Origin: Ascoidea asiatica JCM 7603
Taxonomy: Eukaryota > Fungi > Ascomycota
DNA length: 10,460 nt
Direction of reading: 5' to 3'
NCBI GenBank assembly: GCA_001600695.1
Contig: BCKQ01000010.1
Span: 390,557-401,016, forward strand
The position numbers and the translations under genes were made by a program. Under the pieces are notes generated by a model, which saw nothing but the letters and a program-made list of their open reading frames with translations, did no database searches and was not told the DNA's origin. Below, one piece after another: positions 1-7,934 of this stretch (the first letter of the stretch is position 1; every line of letters starts with the position of its first letter).

Positions 1-387
1 GTCTATATTCCGTCCTAGCCTATCCTTTAACATTTTTTAATTTTTGCATCAAATCAACGCCATCTTTATGGATCTCCTCCCAGTAAAGCATGTCTCAAAT
101 TTATATGTTATTTTTACATACTATCTCCCACAAATCAATAATTACGCCTCCTTGGTCAAGTTTTGAGTCTCACAATCCAACTATTAAGTCTCTCATAAAA
201 ACAACCATTATTTCCAATTTTCAATACTTTAGTCTCAAAGGTCAATGTTTTAGCATCAGCATGCCCAATTGAATCGCTTACAAAAATCTGCATCATTTGC
301 ATGGGAAATCAATTAGTGGTGTCTTTCACATTTTCTGGCTCACAATCCAACAATTTGTCTTTTACTATTTTTACCAGCAAGCCTGAA

Positions 388-567
388 GCTTACAATTTCA
401 ACAATTATTTGTCAGTTTTACAATTACAGGCTTGCAATTTGAACAATTAGTTGTCATTTTTACTAGTTACAAATTTACAATTTCAACAGTTATTTCTAAA
501 TTTTACATTTTTCAATTTTTCAATTTCAACAATTAGTTTTTACCTGTTCTACTACAATTTAAACAAC
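388..567 (+). repeat. Degenerate ~43-bp tandem repeat in U3 (also at 7288-7467)
   Basis: Core TACAATTTCAACAATTA-like units start at 391, 433, 476, 519 and 553 (spacings 42, 43, 43, 34). Confidence 0.75.
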
Positions 568-597
568 TCTTTTGTATATTTTCGTGCCTTGAAATTC

Positions 598-699
598 TAT
601 ATAACTACTCTTATATTTCTTTTTTTATCATTATAATTTATCTGAATAATAAAGGAACAATCGAGCAAGTTGAAGAGTTAAAACTTAATAAACAATAAA
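598..699 (+). promoter_or_regulatory. LTR core promoter / 3'-processing region: TATATAA (598-604), pyrimidine tract, AATAAA at 648, 687, 694 (duplicated at 7498-7599)
   Basis: Motifs are in the usual U3-R order about 300 bp before the LTR end and are followed by a GT-rich U5-like segment. The AT-rich background weakens the call. Confidence 0.45.
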
Positions 700-1301
700 A
701 GATTTTAAATCAATATATTAAACAGCAAAACTAAAAATCAGAAATTTATATTTTTGGATCACCCCCTTTTTGCTACACTTAGTTGGTTGTACCTTTGGTT
801 TTTAATAGTAAGCATTTTGCGCTGCTATTCATGAACTCGTTGACACGTGGTGATATTGATTATTATATTGGGTGAGTAGCATCGCTGAGAATCTTACAAT
901 TGTGAAGGCCGTACCCGGATAGGAATTATTTTAATCTGCTGGTTTTTCGTTTTCTTTTGAGAAATTATCTTTTTAGCAGGGAATTATATTATTGGTTATA
1001 AATTATATTTTGTTGGTATATCTCTTTGTTGCAAAATCATTTTAACTTACAAGGAATCATTTAAGTTTTTCACTACTGATTGTAAAGTTCCAATCAATAA
1101 TATAATTTCATTTTAATAATCAGCAAATTGGTTGGTCATACTGAAGGTAATTTAAGAACTATTCAAAATTAGATTGTTGCTGTAAAAAAAGTTTTAATAA
1201 TAGACTTTTTGCAAATCAAAGCAGTTATTAAATATAATATTGGTTGATACAACTGAAAATCTTTAGTGTAGTTATAGGTAGTTAAAAATCGGTTCTTAGA
1301 T

Positions 1302-2840
1302 ATGGAAGCGCTTAGAAAAAACATATACCCTATGAGCCATCTAGATGAGGGTGAGGCATGGTTCAATCAGTTGCATCTCATTGTCAATCAAAATGATGTT
1401 AATCCTTTGGAACGCCAATATTTTCTTGGCAATAATCAGTATATTGACGATAGAATTAGGCAAAGAATTAGAATGTTTATGCAGAGGCTATCCAAGGCTT
1501 CGAAAACAGAGGACATTGACTGGACAGCACTTGATGGTAAGTTTACAACAAGTATAAAGCCAATGTACTCATTACAAGCTGTGTCAAATAAATTGTTGAA
1601 AGGATCGCCTAACAAAGGACCTGTATTATTGAGGAACATTTTGAAAAAAGTAAATTATGCAATTGAAACAGAAAAGAAAGTTGTTTATTATCATCTGTAC
1701 AATTGGTTGATCTAACATTTCCCGAATGTAATGGCTGAGGTATTAAATACAAATAAGGCTCTTCATTTCTATACTAAAGGCTACGGTGAATAGAATGCAA
1801 AAGAAGATTGGCATAATGTTTATTTAAAAATTGTTGAATTCGAATTCCTCTCAGGAATTCCGAAACATGAATTAGTTTTAACTGAACAGGACACAACAAA
1901 ATTCTCAAAACAACCTGTGAATAAAATTCCTAGTATGATAAGAAATTTTTACAATAACAGGATGACAGAATATGTCGCTCCTAAATCAATGGAATCTCAG
2001 ATGGATAAACTTATTTCACAAATGAGTCTCTTATCAATTAAGATGGCAAATATTGAAGGTGCTAAAACCGGAACCACTAGAAATAGGATTGGGATGAACA
2101 ATTACACTAGTTGTTCTTACTGTGGTAGTGAGGATCACATAATGCGAGATTGCCATGAAATTGCTCAATTACTAAGCGATGGGTTAGCATATAAAGATCC
2201 AACTGATATGTACTTTTTACATGATTCAAAAACAAAAGCAAGAATCCTTTTTGATGGTAGACCTTTTTATAAATCTTCTATGATTAGAGACTTAAATACC
2301 AATACTTCAGTTAAACAAACCAATGTCAATGTTGTTAAAGACTATGATTATGCAGACGAGTCGCCAGAGGAATCTTATGATTTAATTGGAAAATACACTG
2401 ACGGAATAGTCAAGACAATTACGGATGATATGGTTGAACCATTCGACATGAAAGCCGCTAACAATAAAAATGGTAATCATAAATTAAATTCAAAATCAAC
2501 CCGAGCTAAAAAGCCCTTAGCTGGTAGAGATATGTTAAATCCAGCTACTCCCAAGCCTAAAAGATCCATTTTGGTAAGCAGACCCGCTGCTACTAAAGAT
2601 ACTAATATGGATATTGATGATAAATCAGTCGAGAAAAAGAAAAGAGTAAGGACCAATTACTATGTCGCTCCGGTTGCTGCAATGGCAGATTCACTGGAAG
2701 AAATTATTAAAACACTATTCACAAAAGTTCCAATCACCACAAATTTAGCTAACTTAAGAGCTTATTCAAAAAGAAATAAAGACTGCACTACAGAAGCAAA
2801 TGAAATCGGTTGCAATTCCAATTCCGAAGCCAACAGCTAA
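1302..2840 (+). pseudogene. gag: gag, disrupted (in-frame TAA 1713-1715 and TAG 1791-1793), with CCHC zinc knuckle
   Basis: ORFs 1302-1715 and 1917-2840 are in the same frame and joined by otherwise open sequence. CSYCGSEDHIMRDC (2112-2153) fits CX2CX4HX4C. Confidence 0.88.
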
Positions 2841-3189
2841 TATTGGAAAGGTTCATGGTTATTATTCCTCTGAGGATGATGTTGAAAATGAAGTTGAGGA
2901 AGATGTTGAGGATGATGATCAAAGACAAGACATTCTGGATTCTGATATCGCAGGATATAATAAACCGAATAGAAAGGTTAATGATGATACAACCCAACCA
3001 AATGATTATGATACAGAATATGAAGAAATATATGATGCAAGGGCTGAGTCACTTTCCGATAAGACAGAATCTGAAATTCACAGTGAAAGTGAAACTAATG
3101 AAACTACACCGAATGCCAACGATATAGATGACTCTATAAAGTCAATGGAATACTCAGGTTACAGGTATTACAGATCAACAACCTTAAAT

Positions 3190-3450
3190 AACAGGTTGCT
3201 GGTAAAAATGCTATTCAACACAGCTGCCCAAGCTAGTTTGATTAGTCAAAGAAATGCTGAGTTAGCAGGAGTTACAGTTAATCCCACCAATAAAACGGTG
3301 TTAGGTATTGAGGAAAGAATCAGCCACATGTTATGTGTAGTTCAGACTACGGTGACAATAAGTGGATACAGTTATCCTATTAATCTTTATGTTTCCAATC
3401 ATGATAATATTATTGGAGCTAATTTTATTTCCGAGTTTGGAATTATAGTA
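3190..3450 (+). pseudogene. Retropepsin-like aspartic protease domain, catalytic Asp replaced by Asn
   Basis: VKMLF-NTAA-QASLIS occupies the place of LFDTGA; AAC at 3217-3219 replaces the Asp codon. Downstream NIIGANF matches the retropepsin D-I-(L)-G-x-D-F motif. Confidence 0.8.
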
Positions 3451-4047
3451 AGAATGAACCATGCACTTGATACACAGGTACATACAGTGACGCTCTACGA
3501 ACTCTTAATCTTTAATCCAGAAAAATATGATCATATCAGTTTGAATTAGACCGTTTACCAGAAAAGAAGGGATCAAAAAAATGCTAAAGTCCTCCATCTT
3601 AGTATAGATACACCTAAAGTTCCACAAAGCTTTGATAGTATGAACCATGGAATCGTAACAAAGAATAAGATATCAAAATTATGCTCAGAAATTACGGTTA
3701 ACGATATAGAAGGAAATTGCAATGGTAATCTGGATAAAAATCTGATGGTCTCTCTTACAGAAGAAGAGTTAAAAAATTATAATACTGTGTGTGGTGTATT
3801 GAGTAAAAAACCAACACCTATCGATTCAAGTGATAATGTGAATGCTAACCACAATTCAATTCAGTATAAAAAAATAGATGTTGTGTTTACAAATAGAACA
3901 ACTTTTACCCCACAAGAGCGGTCTGATTTCGAAGAAATGCTAAAAGGATCAATAGTTACTAAGATTCCAAAAAAAATTGAGTATATTACAAATGAATTAC
4001 AAATTTTTGGTGACATATTTAGAGATAATGGAGGATTAATCAAGTTC

Positions 4048-4860
4048 CCTCCTGTACATATTGAAACAATACCACATAAAGCCTGGTTATACAAGACAGC
4101 TTTCTGTAGAGGACCTATAGCAAAAGTTTTTAAAAATTTAATCAATAACTATTTAAAGTTAGGATACCTAGAAAGAAGCGCTGGCATCTATGCTACCAAA
4201 GCCTTTCTAATACCTAAAAGTAATGGTAACTGTAGGTTTTTAACGGACCTTCAACCCTTGAATCAAGTTGCTAAAAAAAATGCTTATACTCCTCCAGACG
4301 CTCGACATTCCGTTGAAACACTAACTGGAAAATGAATTTATTCAGTAACTGATATAGGTGATGCTTATATGCATCTTGAATTGCATAATGATTCCAGAAG
4401 GTTCACACTATTCAATACCCAATTCGGTAGCTTTCGGTTAACAAGATTACCCCAAGGATTCACAAACTCTGTTGCAGTCTGGCAAAGAGTACTCAGTTTC
4501 ATACTTGAACCTATTAATGAATACACATTCAACTACCTTGATGATGTTGTTCTTTTTATTGAAAAAAAGGATTCTGACTTGCACGAACAAACAAAAGATA
4601 GTGTTAGATCCATGGTAAAAGATGATACTTTAAAAGAAAAGAATCTATTTGCCCTTTACAAAGTTATAATTCAAAATTAAATATCAAAAAACTAAAGTTA
4701 TTTAGATCCAGTATTAATTTTCTTGGCTATACCATACATCGAAATGGTTATAGTCCTCACGATGCTAAAGTTGATGCTATTAAAGCATCCAATCCTCCTG
4801 CTTGCATTAAAGAGTTACAAAGTTTTTTAGGACTTGTGAATTATTATAGATGCTTTATAC
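4048..4860 (+). pseudogene. Reverse transcriptase domain
   Basis: Motifs FLIPKSNGNCRFLTDLQPLN, IYSVTDIGDAY, TRLPQGFTNS, YLDD (4534-4545), INFLGY and LQSFLGLVNYYR. Interrupted by TGA 4333 and one frameshift. Confidence 0.96.
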
Positions 4861-5051
4861 CTAACTTAAATGTAATTGCTTCACCATTATACAAAATTCT
4901 CTCCATTAGAAAAGATGAAACTAGCAAAAAAATTAATCGAAAAGCCAAACTTTTATTAAATGATGAGGAATTTAATGCTTTCAACAAAATCAAAGATTCA
5001 CTAGTTATAGGTACTACTTTACATCTGCCAACGTATTCATCGACTGAAACA

Positions 5052-5430
5052 TTGGTGGTGACAACAGATTGTTCTGGTTTAGGATATGGTGTTATCCTTT
5101 CGGTGGATATTATAGATAATAATAGTGTTCATCGTTTCCCTGTTATGTTTGAAGGTGGTTATTATACAAATCAGATTGCAAAATATCCGACTGTATAATT
5201 GGAGCTCTACGCACTTTATTTTGTCAATCTCTAAATTTAGATTTTACCTTGGGGGTGTTCGATTTGTGGTGGAAACAGATTGCAAGGCTCGCTTAGGATT
5301 TTTTAACAAGGATCCAGAAGAACTACCTAATTTCTTGGTTGCCAGATGGGTAAATTTATTAAAATTATATGACTTTAAGTTAACACATATACCTGGTTCT
5401 ACAAATGTGGTTGCAGATCATATTAGCAGA
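5052..5430 (+). pseudogene. RNase H domain
   Basis: LVVTTDCS..GYGVIL, KYPTV*LELYAL, KFRFYLGG..FVVETDCK, RW...HIPGSTNVVADHISR. One stop and one +1 frameshift. Confidence 0.92.
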
Positions 5431-5719
5431 TATCCTCCAACATATGTATTAAATATTCAAGAAACGGATGTTCCTATTGTTGATCCAGCTATTGAAGAAA
5501 ATTTTCAAATAAATGGCTGTAGTATCAGCAGTATACTCAAATCTTTAGCTTCACCAAAAACTGATTTAGATTTAACCAATAAGGTGTTAAAACGTATAGC
5601 TATTGATGCCACGCAGTTCTTCATATCCGATAAGGATCTCCACCGAAAATCGAAAGACCGAGTTATAAATATCCCCAGAAGGGTCCCCCTTTCAGTTTCA
5701 GAAATTAAATTAATTTTGA

Positions 5720-6847
5720 ATGAATTTTGATGAAGAACTAGGACACAGAGGTTTATTTGGAATGCAAAATGCTATATCAGCTCGATACTGGTGGCCAGGT
5801 ATGAACAAAGATATTGCATACCATATTAATAGTTGCTTAATTTGTCAAACGATGTCTAAAACTGCTGCACAAAAAGAACCACTCAATGTTGTAATGATAA
5901 AAACCATTTTTCACACTATTGCTATTGATGTTATTGATTTGCCAAGTGATGAAGGATACAAAGCTGCTGTAGTTGCTCGTGATTACTTCTCTAATTTTGT
6001 TGAGGCTAGGCCATTGAAAAATTTGACATCATACAATATTGCTGAATTTTTGTACCAAGATATTTTTTGTGGTTATGGTCAAGTCTTGAATATAAAACAT
6101 GATGGAGGGCCTGAGAATAAAGGAGTTGTTCCTATTTTATTACCAAAGTTTGGTATTAAAAACATCACTACATCCCCTTACGACCCTAAGGCCAACGGCT
6201 TGGTGGAAAGAGGATACAAGGTTCTAAAAGAAGGATTAGAAAAAGTTGCTCAGTTTGGCCCATGGGTCAAACATCTAAATGCAATTCTTTTTGCTGATAG
6301 GGTTATTACCAAGAAAAGTACAGGTTATAGTCCTTACTTTTTGATGTATGGTTATATGCCTCTTTTGTCTATTGACCATTTAGTGTCATCGTTTCCAGGA
6401 AAATATGCTAAAAAACTTACAAGTTTAGAACTTCTATTAATCAGCGCGGCTCAATTTGAACTTATCGAATCTATTCAAGCAGAGGCTGGTAATAATTTGG
6501 AAAAAATAAGAACCTACAATAAAAAATATTATGACGTTAGAAACAATGTTAGATTTAAACCTTTTAAGGAAGGGACATTAGTTTTATTATCAAATGAAAA
6601 AATTAAAAGTGATCGTAGGTCTGACTATACATGTAGGTGGTCAGGCCCTTATTTTATTTCAAAATATAATGGATATGGAAAATATATCATATCAGAATTA
6701 GATGGAACAATTGTAATGAGCGCTTTCAGTGGCTCTCATCTAAAACCATTTGTGTCCAGAGAATCAATACTTTATAATACCCCCAGTGACAGGTACAACC
6801 AACGTATATATACCCAGCGCGAATTGAAAGGAACCGATTCAAATTAA
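5720..6847 (+). CDS. Integrase (zinc-binding domain, DDE core, GPY motif); uninterrupted ORF but separated from pol by a frameshift
   Basis: ELGHRG..RYWWPGM..CLIC; D 5927, D 6101 (HDGGPENKG), E 6206 (ANGLVER); RWSGPY..ELDG..HLKPF. No chromodomain before the stop. Confidence 0.85.
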   Translation: MNFDEELGHRGLFGMQNAISARYWWPGMNKDIAYHINSCLICQTMSKTAAQKEPLNVVMIKTIFHTIAIDVIDLPSDEGYKAAVVARDYFSNFVEARPLKNLTSYNIAEFLYQDIFCGYGQVLNIKHDGGPENKGVVPILLPKFGIKNITTSPYDPKANGLVERGYKVLKEGLEKVAQFGPWVKHLNAILFADRVITKKSTGYSPYFLMYGYMPLLSIDHLVSSFPGKYAKKLTSLELLLISAAQFELIESIQAEAGNNLEKIRTYNKKYYDVRNNVRFKPFKEGTLVLLSNEKIKSDRRSDYTCRWSGPYFISKYNGYGKYIISELDGTIVMSAFSGSHLKPFVSRESILYNTPSDRYNQRIYTQRELKGTDSN

Positions 6848-7798
6848 ATTGAACTCACTTACTTCCATTTGTCGTTTATCCGTCCAGGGTTTCACTTTCA
6901 GTCTATATTCCGTCCTAGCCTATCCTTTAACATTTTTTAATTTTTGCATCAAATCAACGCCATCTTTATGGATCTCCTCCCAGTAAAGCATGTCTCAAAT
7001 TTATATGTTATTTTTACATACTATCTCCCACAAATCAATAATTACGCCTCCTTGGTCAAGTTTTGAGTCTCACAATCCAACTATTAAGTCTCTCATAAAA
7101 ACAACCATTATTTCCAATTTTCAATACTTTAGTCTCAAAGGTCAATGTTTTAGCATCAGCATGCCCAATTGAATCGCTTACAAAAATCTGCATCATTTGC
7201 ATGGGAAATCAATTAGTGGTGTCTTTCACATTTTCTGGCTCACAATCCAACAATTTGTCTTTTACTATTTTTACCAGCAAGCCTGAAGCTTACAATTTCA
7301 ACAATTATTTGTCAGTTTTACAATTACAGGCTTGCAATTTGAACAATTAGTTGTCATTTTTACTAGTTACAAATTTACAATTTCAACAGTTATTTCTAAA
7401 TTTTACATTTTTCAATTTTTCAATTTCAACAATTAGTTTTTACCTGTTCTACTACAATTTAAACAACTCTTTTGTATATTTTCGTGCCTTGAAATTCTAT
7501 ATAACTACTCTTATATTTCTTTTTTTATCATTATAATTTATCTGAATAATAAAGGAACAATCGAGCAAGTTGAAGAGTTAAAACTTAATAAACAATAAAA
7601 GATTTTAAATCAATATATTAAACAGCAAAACTAAAAATCAGAAATTTATATTTTTGGATCACCCCCTTTTTGCTACACTTAGTTGGTTGTACCTTTGGTT
7701 TTTAATAGTAAGCATTTTGCGCTGCTATTCATGAACTCGTTGACACGTGGTGATATTGATTATTATATTGGGTGAGTAGGATCGTTGAGAATCTTACA
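6712..7798 (+). repeat. 3' LTR (~1087 bp), TGTAA...TTACA, overlapping the last 136 nt of the integrase ORF
   Basis: The right end is fixed by loss of identity with the 5' LTR after CA 7797-7798. The left end is inferred: TGTAA at 6712 is the inverted repeat of the terminal TTACA, and 6712-6750 (TGTAATGAGCG..CATCTAAAACCATT) resembles the start of the solo LTR at 7935 (TGTAAGGAAGCG..CAGCTAAAACCATT), which has a similar length (1073 bp). Confidence 0.8.
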
Positions 7799-7802
7799 CC
7801 AT
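7799..7802. other. Predicted right-hand target-site duplication of the main element (CCAT, or CCATG if 5 bp)
   Basis: These are the first bases after the 3' LTR CA. The 4-bp length is by analogy with the solo LTR; the left copy is outside the window. Confidence 0.55.
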
Positions 7803-7934
7803 GTTAATACTTTCTGGTCATTCTTAAAATTTTCGGGCCAGCTTTTACATCCTTTGTCGGATTAAAATGCGGTTATTTGCGGATGTTTGGTGATTTACGC
7901 TAAGCATTTTCAAAAGTTCATTTTTCAAAACCGT

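Larger units (their letters stand above)
1..898 (+). repeat. 5' LTR (partial; last 898 bp of an estimated 1087-bp LTR)
   Basis: Identical to 6901-7798 except C880/G7780 and C885/T7785. Identity stops exactly after CA at 897-898. Confidence 0.95.
2758..6847 (+). pseudogene. pol: pol polyprotein (PR-RT-RNaseH-IN), disrupted
   Basis: Reconstructed across in-frame stops TAG 3547, TGA 4333 and TAA 5196, and frame changes at ~4626-4660 (-1), ~5217 (+1) and ~5728 (+1). Domain motifs are listed in the sub-features. Confidence 0.95.
1..7798 (+). mobile_element. Ty3/Gypsy (Metaviridae) LTR retrotransposon, coding-defective, no chromodomain; 5' end lies upstream of the window
   Basis: Direct repeats 1-898 and 6901-7798 (offset 6900, 2 mismatches) both end in ..TCTTACA. 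Between them the domain order is CCHC Gag - aspartic protease - RT (YLDD) - RNase H - integrase (HHCC-type, DDE, GPY), the Ty3/Gypsy order. Confidence 0.97.

Noticed and set aside
90-636. Small ORFs in the LTRs (90-272, 451-636 and copies), antisense or overlapping ORFs, and ORFs 8352-8573 and 9846-10076
   Set aside because: Short, compositionally biased and without recognisable motifs; some lack ATG starts. They are by-products of repeats or of the real reading frame.
760-771. PPT-like AAAAAGGGGG followed by TG on the minus strand inside the LTR
   Set aside because: Wrong strand and position for this element, with no other sign of an antisense nested element.
4629-4635. T TTA AAA -1 slippery heptamer near the RT frameshift
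   Set aside because: It lies mid-RT, where a programmed shift makes little sense. The protein reads better if the frame changes near 4655, indicating a 1-nt deletion.
1713-5198. Alternative genetic code (TAA/TAG = Gln) or stop readthrough, since 4 of 5 in-frame stops are TAA/TAG
   Set aside because: There is also an in-frame TGA, several frameshifts and a dead protease. Gln is abundantly encoded by CAA/CAG and TAR codons are too rare for reassignment, so ordinary decay suffices.
1302-6847. RIP-type hypermutation
   Set aside because: The stops are compatible with C-to-T changes, but many TGG and CAA codons survive (RYWWPG, RWSGPY) and the LTR pair is not riddled with transitions.
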